From assembly GCA_028023455.1 (NCBI GenBank), contig JAQFVV010000007.1:7874001-7938000 (forward strand): a stretch of DNA of 64,000 bases, read 5' to 3'. The position numbers and the translations under genes are program-made. Each line of letters starts with the position of its first letter. Position 1 is the first letter of the stretch. Positions 38,457-51,939 of this stretch are shown here, in pieces. The notes under the pieces are model-generated. The model was not told the origin of the DNA. It ran no database searches and was given only the letters and a program-made list of their open reading frames with translations. This DNA comes from Epiperipatus broadwayi. Lineage: Eukaryota > Animalia > Onychophora.

Positions 38457-39884
38457 GTAACTATACCTAGTTTTATTATCTTAAAAGAACTGAAAATTGC
38501 CTATCGTTATTCTCCAAAGGTTCAGTCATTGTGTAAAATTATATATTTTAATTTAAAATGTATAAATGCATTCCCAACATGTGTTTAATTATATGTTTTT
38601 TTATAATTCATTAATTGTCTTTTGTCTTTTATGTTATCATTGATATATAAATTATATATGTGTTTTTCTTTCTCAATATTTAATTAGCCATAGTAATAAA
38701 ATTGTCTACTTACTTTAAAAAAATTATCTCTCATTAATGAACATATTTATCACTTATATTAGCCTAGTTTCCTTCCTGGCAGAATATCAGAATAAGCAAG
38801 TATGTTACACATAATTTTCAATTCTAAACCATAGATTTGATAAAGAAATAGATCACATAAGGAGGGAATAAATGTGTAGAAAGGGAGTTTAAAAATAGCT
38901 AATTTTAAATGACATGCAATCTAATTTAAGGGGTATAGAAAAGAAATCGTTACTAATATGTAAGTTTAAATATACGTGTCTTAAGTTGAGAAGTATATTA
39001 AGCAGGAAAAGCTTGTTTCAACTACACAAATTTAACCATTACCTCCGTTCATCCTGATGGTTATTGTTACCTCCCAGCCCTGAGATTTGAGCTAGCTGAA
39101 AGGGCCAGGCACCTAATTAGCGATAATTTTAAGATCTCTTAAAAAGGAAAAGTATAATTCTTATGATACTAGTGAGATTGTTGCTTGGGGTCAGTTTATT
39201 AATTGATGTTCATAAATATACTTTTTCTGAAGAAATTGTTTATATTTTTTAAATGAAATAATGGCCACTAGGTAGATTTTTTAAATATTTTTTTAAACAT
39301 ATATTTTGATATAGGATACATAGGTGTTATTTCTTAAGATATATTTAAGAAAGGGATTCATACTCAAACCCAATATGGTGTATAGTAATCAAATTCTATC
39401 TGCAGGTGTTATGGTGACTATACAGCCATAGTTTTGTGTTTACTACCTTACATGGTCAACAGAGTTATTTTTTTTTTTGATAGACATATAAACAGACACC
39501 AAAATTAATACCGGGGTCGCCTGTCAAAATATATATAAGTATATGTGAAAACTCACATACGTGCTAAGGTTTAACTTTACTCCCTTAAATTTTAGAATTT
39601 TGTTTGCCCTATTTATAGAAATTATTTAACATTATTTGCCAAACACATTTATTAGATATACGCACATACTTTACTACATAACTTTTACTAAATTAATAGG
39701 CTAATATCTGAAATACACCTTTATAAAATATATGCAGATTCACTCATATACATATTATTACAACTTTTTTATTAAGCTCTTTTGATTAATATATATCAAC
39801 TTGGGGGTTTAAATTAGGAAAATTATACTACTATGGAACATACGTGAAATAATATGATTGATAAAGAATACTGTATCAATATTA

Positions 39885-40690
39885 AGTAGAAAATCTGAAA
39901 TTTTCATACATCCATATGTCTTCAAATTCAGCTATCTAATGGAAATAGCCACATGGAACTGAACAAAGTTCAGATATACCATATATTAATAGATTTAGCA
40001 ATACAATATCACCAAAGGCTCAAGAACTTGTTAAAAACTGTTAGTATGCTCATTATATAACACTTGTAGTACAAGCTTATAAAGTCACATGATATGATTT
40101 GATTTATTTGCAATTATTGTTTTGCTCTTAAGGATTTAGTAATTTTATATTGCTAAAGCCATTAATATTTAGTGAATCTGAACTTTGTCTGAAAATTTCA
40201 GATTTTCCACCTAATAGGTAACAATTAGATAAATGCTGGGGGTTGACTTAGTCTGACGATAGGGATATTCAGAAAAGCTTGTTAAGAGCTATTAGCATAT
40301 TCATTACATAACATTTGCATGAGCTTATTAATTAAGTCATGTGATATATGACTTGATTTCTTTGCCATTATTGTTTTGCTCTTGAGGCTCTGACTATTTT
40401 ATCTTGCTAAAACTATTAATATATTATGTATCCAAACTTAGTTCAGTCCCATACCACTATTTAAGCTGAATAGCTGGATTTGAGGACATATGGATGGCTG
40501 AAAATTTCAGATTTTCTACTCAGTAGGTAACTATTAAATAAATGCTGGGACTTGATCTGGTATTTCTAAATCTAATATCTGAATGTCCTAGTGCCTCACT
40601 GATGATGAATAGAGCTGGAAACTGGTCTGGGGATAAGAAAAAAAGTTGTTAAGAGCAATTAGTAGGCTAATTATATAAGCATTTTTTTCA
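39885..40690. mobile_element. Foldback HHR element of family H2a (~370-bp unit)
   Basis: 39885-~40030 is the inverse of ~40380-40520; sense tandem gttaagagc...attag at 40030, 40281 and 40649; HHR at 40594-40632. Confidence 0.75.
40594..40632 (+). ncRNA. Type I hammerhead H2 (core intact, stem II disrupted)
   Basis: CCTCA-CTGATGA-TGAATAGAGCTG-GAAA-CTGG-TC|TGGGG. Confidence 0.65.
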
Positions 40691-42894
40691 TTTATAGTTC
40701 TTGGATTGTTTTGTTTAGCCAAGGTAACACATTCCTCTGATATATTAAAGAATGTATCTTTTAATTTTCATTTTATCTTATGATCTCTATTGGAAAAAAA
40801 TAACATCTATTTATTTGCTGTTGATGACGAATGATACATCAAAGACTGATCAGTATATGGTTGGGTATTTAAGTACTCATTACTGGAAAGATTTTAAAAA
40901 AAAAAGAATGAAAAAATACTAAACCTTCAATAAGCAGAAGATGATAAGTGTGTCATTTCCAATACAATATTTCTAATGAAACTGTTGAAGAAAGCTTTAA
41001 ACTGATCTATTTAAGAATTTTATCATTTAACTACTTAAAATTATTTTATTTTTTAAATTTTGTAACTTCAGATCATGTATTGCTTTATAGCCGTCTTCTA
41101 AGTGTCATTAAAATTCTTAAACCGAATAAACCATTAATTTGTTTAGGAAAATAATCTCCAATAAAAAAATTCTGGCATCACTTATTAATAATATTATTTG
41201 TATATACACAATTTTAAAGAAATGTCCTTTCATAATATTAAGTTCTCTTTTCTAGTTAATTTAATATATATATATATAAATGATTTTACACAAATATAAG
41301 ATAGGAATTTCAATTATGCTGATGATATTATTTTAAATTACAAATAGAAAAGCTCCTTAATACAAATATAAAAAAAAACTGTAAAGCAATTTTAAAGAAT
41401 ATAATCTTATTTCAAATCCCAGAAAAATAAATAGCTCAACTGTTCATTTGAACAAGAGAAAACCGTCTTGTAAACTAAATATAAGGCTGAAATATAACAT
41501 ACCATACTACTCTGTATATTGGTGATTATTTATCTTTTCAACACATGTGTGATCAAACCCCTATATACTATTTAGTTAAGTAACCTTGGATGCAGTCTAC
41601 ATTATTTTCTTATCAATCAAGGGATAAATGTAAAATAATTTCCTTGAAAAATTGGCTGGCATTAAATGAGGTAATGTAGAACCTTTGTAAGACTACTTTT
41701 CTCAGTACTAGCATATTCTATGACTGAAAATTATGCTGCTGTTTGTACAAAAAGTATCTACACAAATGCTTGGATATGCCACCATTACATACTAGCATAA
41801 AAATATTACTTAATTCTCAAGTCTATTTTTTTACAGTTGCTTCCCATTCTTCCACAATGTTCTCCATCAGACCAAAGATAATTTACTTCAGACTTACAAC
41901 TAACTTAAAACATAGTTGTGCTATCTAAATTATGTCACAAATCAAGGTCTTCTTTTTATAAGTTCAATCAATAGGCATTTACATAAATAACGAATTATGT
42001 ATGTATTTTATGGGTTATCATGAGACTCAAATATCTTTTTCTGGATTCATCAACAAATTTCAAAAAAATAAATATTATTTTTACTGCACACTTCTGGTAT
42101 AGAATTTAATTATGGTTAAATACAAGTAACAAAATACTCCATTAATGATTGTCAAATCATGACAAATAACAGCATAATTTAAAAGACAATAAAAACACTA
42201 GGTAATTTATCTTATGATTAGAATCTCTACAGATTCTTTTATAGTGTAGTATTTATCTAAAAAAAATGTATGTGAAATAAAATAATGTACTTTATTACTA
42301 CTCAAGCCTAACTAGTAGAAAGTAATTCTCCAAAGAGATATTTTCTTTCCTCCATGAAAGTTCCAGAAAACTAAACAAATATTAAAAAATTAAAAAAAAT
42401 GCATGCAATAATTCAGATTTATTAAATGAATAATTTGATGGTCATTTTTATAATTGACTATATCATACATGGGATCTTTCTTCAATACTTTATTAAAGGT
42501 TTTTTTTTTCTAAAACCAAATTATTTATTGTTGGTTCTTAGAAAAATTTTTTTTACTGCTCTCAAAATAGGACCTTCTCATCTCATAGTTCATAATAAAA
42601 AAAAAAGCAATTGTGATATTTTATTCCTCATTCACACCAACATCTTTGTCACAGTTATTTCTTTTCCTGATGGAGAATACGTTTTAGAATATATATAGAA
42701 GCTTTTTATTCTCTATACTCTCACTTGCCCAAGTTATCTGCTTCATGTTATTCACTACATCTACTTCTACCACCATCTCTCTTTGAATTATCTTATTTCT
42801 CAGTTTATCCATTTTTTTTTTACATTCTTACTTATATATGTTTTAATAGTTAATTCTTTTCCTCTTTCACTTTTCATTACTCTATTTCATGATT

Positions 42895-42931
<37 letters not shown>

Positions 42932-45419
42932 AACCAGTTGGGTTACATAACACACAAAAATATAGTGTGTATGCACATATATATAAAGTAAAGGAAAAAT
43001 AGAAATAAACACAGACATAAATTTATATAGATATTTTTCTATATTTCCTAAAATAAAATAATAATAAGTAAAGGGTTAAATAATAACTCTTGATTTAAAA
43101 TAAAAAATTGTTTTATAAATTAAACTTTTAAAAGGTCTGAATATATATAAATATTGTATTGATATTATTCTGATTTTGAAATTTAAAAACAAGTATGGTA
43201 TTTTTGAAATTTTTAAATTGACTTTTAAATTTCTATTATCTAAGTGAAAACACATATATCACACTTTGATAAAATTTAAAGCCTGTTTTCAAAAGAGATT
43301 AGAGAGAAAAAACTCCCACTGTTTTTAAATTTAGTGCTGTTATCACTACAGATGATTCTATAAAATGGCTGATAAAAATATCAGCTGCAGTCTGGATAAT
43401 AGTTTTTATAAGAACAGGTCAGCTGCAAGGTTGGTTACAATATTTTGTTGCAGCTTGTTGAAGTTTGGAGCAGTTGGTTTTAGCTGACCATAGAGTTGGC
43501 AGAATAGCTATCATGAACTGATGTATCTGAAGGCAAAATAGTAAATTCAGGAACTGCTACCATTTTTTCCCCCAGGAGTTTGAATTAACATGGAGAAAAA
43601 TGACCCACTTCTTTGTGCTGAAAGTCATAGCCTTAAATATGGAGAGGACAGTTGCTCGCCTGAAATCTATCAAACCAAGACAGCTGCTTGCCTGGAATAA
43701 TCCTAGACAAAAAGAGACCAACTACAGACAAACATTTTACATGGATTATATTTTTCCTGATGATGACAATCACTAAAACCAAACTTTCCAAAAAAAAATC
43801 TTCCAGCTTGCCCAGGGAACCCTAGCTTGCTGAAGAAGTAATTATATATATATATGCTGACATATCTAAGACCGTGAAGCACAAATAAACATATATACAA
43901 CTGTGGTGAGTAGAGTTATATATAATAATGAAATTTTAAATAATTTCTTTAGTAAAATGTCACTTTAAAAGTGATGCATGAATTTGTACTTTTTATGTTC
44001 ATGGTGGGTGTATAGATGAGCAGGGCTGCCTGTATGTGGTGTGTTCATGATGCTCAAAGTATAGGCTTGGCACTATCCAGATCTAGATGATTAAGCTTCT
44101 AGAATAGGCCAGCAGTGTATATTAGCCTCATGAATAGGTCATGGTCTCATGGATAGACCTTATGTATATTCCCCTAAGACTCACAGCAGATGAGCAGGGC
44201 TGGCTCAGTGCCTGATATTTTTTCTCTGGATACTCCTCATGGATGATCTCTATAGAAACAACAGAGATAGTGCTTAAAGATGAGGTATTTTCTCATGATG
44301 TCATGGGGCATTGTGTACTGATAGTTCATTCTTGGCTGTCTACTTACCATGGCATGAGGAACTGCAGTTTACATATTCACTTTTCCTATTTCACCTTGCC
44401 TACTTCATTGACATTAACTAATCAAGTAGAACATTTTGAAATTTATATTTTTTTTATTCTATTAAACAACGTTATCTTTCATTTATTTAAAAAAAGAGAG
44501 ACATTTTAAAAGTGAAGCAAACAAGCAAATAATTTTGTGTGGATTTAAAAAATTAAAAAAAAAGGTAAGGAAATCGATGATTCTATAATTTAAATTTAAA
44601 AAAACATTGCTAATTAATCAACAAATACCTGGCAAAAATTGACTATACTTTTTTTTTAAAAAAAAGGGGGAACTTATAAATTGATAAATAATTTTAAATT
44701 ATATATATATTGTTTATAAACAGGTATATGTGTGAAATTTATATATGTCTTCCAAATGGAATCAATTAAAAAAATATAACTTTATTATTGTAACAAATTA
44801 AAATATGTAACTTTTTGTTAAGGTGTGAAAACATGCACACACACATATGTAAATTTTTAAACATTTATAACATTTTTTATATATAATTTTATATGACAAT
44901 TGTAATATAAGTCAATTATTGTACTACATATTTATGTGTGCACATATATGTCAATGCTTGTCAAATAGGATGTATATGCAAATTTTAATCATTTTTTTGT
45001 TATTGTTAAATATTAATTGTATATTATAAATCATGCATCTGAGTCCTTATGCATGTAAACCATAGTAATAACTTGAATGGTGTATTGTAATTTTGTAAAT
45101 CATAAATGTGATTTTTTTTTATTGGATAATAATCAAAATCAGAAGAGCCATAATACCATTTTTTATTGTTATCAATAAACTTATTTAATTGTTAAAAATT
45201 GTTTGCATCATCTCTTGTTCACATACAGTAATAAAGCTTGTGTTCTCTAAGATAGATTCATGCACAGAATGAATATATAAATGGAAACATGTAATTAGTT
45301 CTTTTGGAGCATTCAGAGATGATCAATCATCATCCTAGTTGGTGCATAAGATTATATTTTTTAAAACCCATGCACTATATTTTATTTTAGTTTAGTCTTA
45401 TTAGAAGTTAAGTTTATAG

Positions 45420-45576
45420 TTGGCCAGTACAAGTAGCAAGAGCATTGGTGATGATCAGCATATTTTAAATATCCCAGCATTATTGTTTGATTCTTATAAT
45501 ATTCTGATGGATGAGCACTTAAGTGATGCATCTAAGTTATGTTTAAATAATTACCCAAGGCGGCAAAGGCTCAATA
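45420..45576 (+). CDS. Candidate host exon (LASTSSKSIGDDQHILNIPALLF...PRRQRLN)
   Basis: 52 open codons in AT-rich DNA between tttatag and gttagt; product unrecognised. Confidence 0.25.
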
Positions 45577-46799
45577 GTTAGTCTGGTCTACAAGACCCAT
45601 TTCCAATCCAGTCACAAGATTGACCGTTCATTTATTGTACTGATTTTATTATATTTTATTATGGATCATTCATAATGATGAATGATTATTTTTTTTGAGT
45701 GAGTACTTTTATATACTTTTATAATTATAATGCTGTTTGATATATGATTGGTAGTTATTTTAGTTAATCTATGGAGTGACTAGCTGATCTCTGTGTTCTC
45801 TTGATCTCATGCTCTCTTGTAATATAACCTTTCCTATATATTTTTGAAATATATCTTACTTAAATATTCTATACTTCTTGTAAATTTTATATTAAATCAT
45901 TTTATTTGAAATATTTTTGTACTTGAGGTTAATGATGATTTCCATCACCCAGTTCAAACCATTTTTGATATACACCATTCCATTACAATATATCACTTAC
46001 TTGTTCTATTTTCTTTGATTATTTTGTCATTTTTTTCTTTTTAGCTATTCACTGAAAAACTCTATTTTTATATATATAATTTCAATAAAATCTCATTGAT
46101 TTTTTTCATGTTAAATATGATCCTAGCATAACTTTGTTATTTCTATTCATTATAATATCAGATTAGTGTATTCCTACTAAAAAAATTCTGCTGAATGCTG
46201 TGCTCAATTAAGTGGAAAGTTGACCACGTAAGATTGCACATCTGAAAATATTTATTTGGTAATGAAGATGGCACTGCCATTCACCATTTCAGATGTTGAC
46301 ATTTTCTACTGCTATACCTGATGGCAGTTTTTGTCAACATTTAACCTTACATTTCTATATAAAATATTTATTTTGTACCAAAATTCAATAATTGAACTTG
46401 ATTTATTTTTAATTTAATTTTAAAAATGAAAACCATTCTAAAAAAAAAATCAAATTTGAATGGTGCAAATATTGAAAAAATAAGCTGTAGTTTGAATGAA
46501 GAATATAAAATATCATTCAATGTTTTGAAGCAAAATAGTCTTCATGAAATCAACATCTTCTTTATTTTAAATTTAAAAAAAAAACCACAAACGAATAATA
46601 TCTGAACCTACTCGTTATTATGACCGCATAATGTGGGCAAGCATTTTCAAAATGTAAACATCCATTTTCAACATAATATTAACAGAAATCTATGCAGTCT
46701 ACACATTTTATTTTTCTATGATAAAAAATAAAAATTTTATGATAATTTTTGTGATCAAGTAAATTAAATTTTTTTGTCTTTCTCTCATTTTTTTGATAG

Positions 46800-46889
46800 T
46801 TACTGGAAAAGATTTCAACCTAAAAAATACATCGGTAAAAAGTTTTACTTTTTCTGATGTATTTTAAAGACATTATGGGGGGCTTAATG
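46800..46889 (+). CDS. Candidate pair of micro-exons (YWKRFQPKKYI|DIMGGLM) with a 35-nt intron (46835-46869)
   Basis: Long T-tract acceptor; GT...ctgat...AG intron whose removal skips an in-frame TGA; strong gtaagt donor at 46890. Confidence 0.25.
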
Positions 46890-49486
46890 GTAAGTATTTA
46901 TTTTTCTATATTTTTAAATTATAATTTATTTCTTATTTACTTTTTAATTATTATTTATATATATATATTTGATAAAAAAAATATGAAAAAATTATTATTG
47001 ACACTAACATAAAAAAAAAAAAGATCATGATTATCTGCATTTTTGGCTATGATATGAGCTTGGCTCCAGTGTTAGAATTAGATGATATGAGACAAAGATA
47101 AATATATTTTGAAAATATTATAACCTGATTCAATGTACATTTGTTTTCCTTTATGATTAGAATATAAATGACTTCTGTTGAGATTTGTAAATGATGTATT
47201 TAGTATCTAGATTTCCATAAGATTCTGCAGATTACAAACACTTCAATTATCTGATCAAAGACTTCACAGCAAATATGCACAACATACTGTATGGCAGTAA
47301 AATTGGTTTATTGAACCCATAAAAATAAAGCTCTATAAATTTTATAGAATAATGAGCACAATAAAAATATAAAAATAAAGTGTATTTACTTATAGGGTAT
47401 GCTCTCAGCATGTCCTTAGGTTTATACAAATAATAATAAAGGCCAGGAAACTGTTTTGACAGTCATTGTTTAGTAGTGGTCCTATTGCTCTGCTGATCTA
47501 CAATATTATGAACTTTGCATATTTATTTGTTGCTTAGGTCTTCATTAATTTAACTTAATAGCCTTGTTGTATGAGTTAATTTACTAATGTATTTAATTGT
47601 ATATGTGGAAATATTTATATAGACTGCATAAATCATTCCTATTGAATTTTTTTGCCTTTAACTCATGTTCCTAAATATAATATCTAAACAATGTAATATA
47701 ATTATATATTATATATACATCATGGAAAAAATCCAACTAAATACATTACTAAGATATTTTACATGCTAGATCCCTAAGAATTCATTTTTAAAATAAACCT
47801 GTACACACTCCTAGATTTTATATTCAATACTAATTAATTTTGTCAGATAATCTCTTATCTGACTTCCAGTTTTTTATAGATTAGTGTTGATATACCCAAA
47901 GGGAGACATATTTATGGATTTATTCAAAAATGATTCTTTAAGGATGTGGCTTATATATTACCTTAGTAACATATTTGGATGGGTTTGTTTTATGAAATAA
48001 ATATATATTCCTAACTTTATATGTTTGAATAGTCAATAATCATTTATTGTATTTACCATGCCAGTCTTTTAAACTTTAAAAATATATTATATTGCTATTC
48101 TCTGATAATAGTTACGCTGTTATTTATTTTGTAAACTACAGGATGTTGATTATGAAAGTTTTATTTAGTTTATTAATTTTAATTCTCTACTGTGTGGTGA
48201 TACAGAAACTTATATATTTTTTAATATAATCTTGCAAAGTCATGATTAAAAATAACATGATAGAAACTTCCTGTATTATGCTTTTTCATAAGTAAAATAA
48301 AAAACTTAAATTTATCATGCTGCAAATGTGGAGATGTATTACTAATACTTGAAATTAAAGTCAATGAAATTTATAATTGTGTCGTAGTTTAAAATTTTAG
48401 CAAGTATTTTTATTTAACAGTGCTAAAACAAATAATAATAATATTTTTAAAAAGTAAAAAAAAATAAACTTTTCACAGAAGCACAATTAAAGTTACAAAT
48501 GATTAAGGAGAACTTACATTTAACAGAAATGAAAAGCTACAATAGATTACTTCATTTTTTTTTTTGCTTTGTATCAAAGCATCCCTCACATTAGCACTAC
48601 CATATCATAAGCATTCTCCAGCAAAGGAAGTTAAACTATCCTCTTTACATAAGATAGAAATATTGATATCAAATCTTCATGCAATGTTGAGGATGTCATG
48701 ATATGAAAGAATTGACATCAGAAACACACTGATAAAAAACAAAAATTTGTAAATGGTGTTATAATTGTATTTTTTTTTTCGAATTACTTCTAATTTGAAT
48801 AACATTGATTATGTTGAAATTAGTAATTGATATCCCTATACCAAATTGTAAGCTTGCACATAAACTGAAAAAATTGCAAATTTCACTAAGACTAGGCTTG
48901 AACTTCTGACCATGGGTGCAGCAAATAGGCACATACATTTTTAACTCTTTAAGGCTCTTTCATATTTACTGTTAAAGAAAAGTTTTATCCATGACATACT
49001 TATGTATGTACAAAAAGACACAACATATATTATCTATATAATATAAAATATTAAAAATGTATTAAAACCAATCTACATATTATTTTAGTGCAAAAAAACT
49101 TAATCCAAAGAAATGAAAGATTTAAAAAAATATAGTCCTGTTAAAATATATATAAAATGATAAACTTTCGAATTTAATTTATGTCAAAATAATTTAATTT
49201 TTTTTAAAAAAAATTTAATTCACATTATGTCAATTTTATTTATAAATTAAATTTTATTTTTGACATTTTACACGAATATACTAAGTTTCAAGTTAATGCC
49301 TATTTAAAAAAGGACCTCTAAATAGTAATACTTATTCAATGAAAAAAAAAAAATTAAAAAATGAACTCCACAATATTTACTGTCTAAATGTTCGAAAATC
49401 ATTAACAGCTTTAGTTAATTGACATTTTAAAAATAGCTAAATTACTAGCTTGCTTAAAACATATTACACCGATATATGTACACAAA

Positions 49487-51030
49487 TTGCGTAATTGGGG
49501 CTATGAAGCCTTAGCTACCACAATTCAAAGTGGTTTGTCGATTACGGAAAGAAAGCTGCGGCTCCAAGGCCGAGCTCCAAATCAGGTAGGAGTATGTTTT
49601 GATTATTTTAATATGAAAAGTGTTAATAATATCACTTTTGTTAAAGCGAAGTCGGAAACATTGGACTCGAGTGATGCAATAATTGTTAACAGCAATTGTA
49701 ACCATACAGACTCTAGTGCAAAGCTTAAAGCCTTTAAACATAAAGTTAAAGGCTTCCAAACATCTAAAACCATTATTCCTCAACAAAATGTTGTTTCAAT
49801 GGAAAACTTCACAGAATTAGGAGATAATAAAATAGCTAATGACTTTCCTATCTTTTACCGCAACCAACATGATAAAACCGATAAAGTTGACTTTGATCCA
49901 CCAGATGTCATGACATCAGTACCTAATGGTGGACAATCTCATCTCAATTTAAATTTTGACAAATTTCCTCCACTTCTCAAAAACGTTAACACTCATCTTC
50001 ATCAAAATAGAAATTCTACATATAGTGTTGAACACTATATATCTAATTCCCCCAGTTATAACAATTTGAAAACAGGCCATAACAATAAAACAAGAACATA
50101 TGCTAGCACCATAACTTCTAATAAATGCTTCACAAATACTGTAAGTCTAAGCGTAGACAATCCACATGAACTCCTGCTAGATATTGCCAACATAGATGTA
50201 AATATTGCTCCCGGTAATAATCATAGTCTTAATAAAAATGATCATCTTGATTGCTCCATGTTGAATGATAAAACATATTCCAAAATAAATGATAAATTTA
50301 ATAAATCCATACCATTAACTCTATATAAATCTCTACTAAATTACTATAGTGAAAAATCCTTAATTTCAGTGATAACTAATATACAACTTTCATTAATCAG
50401 GTTCCCATTAGACAGATTATATGAGCTCATAAATTATCAGCAGCTCAGAAAAGGCATATACACCCTACTCACTCATCCTTCTGATCATTATGTTATCATA
50501 GAGTTTAAATCATGGGCTGTTAGGATGAACTTTAAAAATAATTACCATTCTCTTGGTTTGATTCTCTGCTATATTGATATGAACAGGCCCACCACACTCC
50601 AGGATAGAATTCAAACTGCATAGCACAGTTTACTTAACATGATCTGCAGAATATTCTCATAAATTTTGGAACACTAAACAAGTTTCATCACTTAATTAAC
50701 CCTTACTTCAATAATCAGTATCTCAAACACAGTTGGCTTTGCACTCACCCTGAAAAAAATATTTCTCCCACTGACATTCCTAGGGTCATCTCAGCCAGAG
50801 GATTTATAATAGTTTTATCTTTTCATGGTGTGCTGCCACAATGCATCCATTGTCTTCAGCAAACACACCTTATCAAAAACTGTCCACTTAAAATTTGTGA
50901 CAAGTGTGGCGCTAGGAAAAACAAATCACACAAGTGCGAGGACATCTCAACTAACATCAATGTCTCGAATGCAATGAATAACTGTAGACATTTGTGTCAT
51001 GGCTTAGATGATAACCTTTATGCTCATTGA
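49487..51030 (+). pseudogene. LINE ORF1 (gag-like, RRM-like region plus Zn knuckles), frameshifted at ~50600-50640
   Basis: 378-aa ORF, then HDLQNILINFG...FHGVLPQ-CIHCLQQTHLIKNC-PLKICDKC (CX2CX4HX4C). Confidence 0.85.
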
Positions 51031-51939
51031 CAAATCTAAACAGTTAACCATGTCTACAAGTATGAACATAGCACCTATATAAATGGAAAACAACTTCAAC
51101 TTTCTTAACACACCAATAAATCAACCCTAGAAGTTCACTAACAATACCAACTGAAATCACAAATGATATCAACATCACACATCAACTTGAATCTGAAAAT
51201 AATGCTATTAACACTAATAAAAACATTCATCAAGTAATCAAAACAAACATGAGTATATCAACAGCCAACAAACTTCAAAACATTGGTGACTATGGACCTG
51301 ATAAATGTTTTAGGTCCCAACAGTGAGCCTCAAAATTCTCAGCTTGATAGTCAACTCATATAACAACCAACAACCAAAATATATAGCTTTAATGACTACA
51401 ACACTAATGGCAGTCAATCTATGCCACCCCCTGAAATACCATCTGCAACTCACAACAAACAAAAAAATCTTAAACACCAAAAAACTCAAAAAGACAGACA
51501 ATTCCAAAAATAATCAATCAAACATCCAAGATACAGTTTAAAGCTCTGGGAAGATTAATAAAAGGAAATCAAATATTGTTAATAATTCCAGTTCTGAAGA
51601 GGATAGTGACTTGATTTGTCTTAGTCTGCATTCCCCCTCTAATCATCAAGACCTGCAACTAGATGTTAACAAACATCATAATTCATTAGAAAAGAAAAGG
51701 AAAACTATGGTTATTGTTCACACCAGCCCTTTAGCTTCCACTGAAGGCACATTATCTAAGCATCTGGCAGTCTCAGATATGGAAGATTTCCTTGGGGAGT
51801 CATCACTGATGTCACACAACTTATCTCAAATTTGTTCTAATGAGCTCAAAAATCTGGGCCTCTGCAACTGTAATGACTGTCAGACTTCCTTCATTGAATC
51901 CATTACTCCTGTAACTGGTGATTCAGATCAAGACCTTTA

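Noticed and set aside
81-48000. Most 60-100 aa ORFs in the supplied track
   Set aside because: They have F/I/L/Y/K-rich composition and TTG/GTG/CTG starts expected by chance in AT-rich DNA; several lie inside non-coding repeats (e.g. 17385, 17506, 19186, 27803, 31946, 34856).
49511-49786. Minus-strand 91-aa ORF
   Set aside because: Antisense to LINE ORF1 with no independent support.
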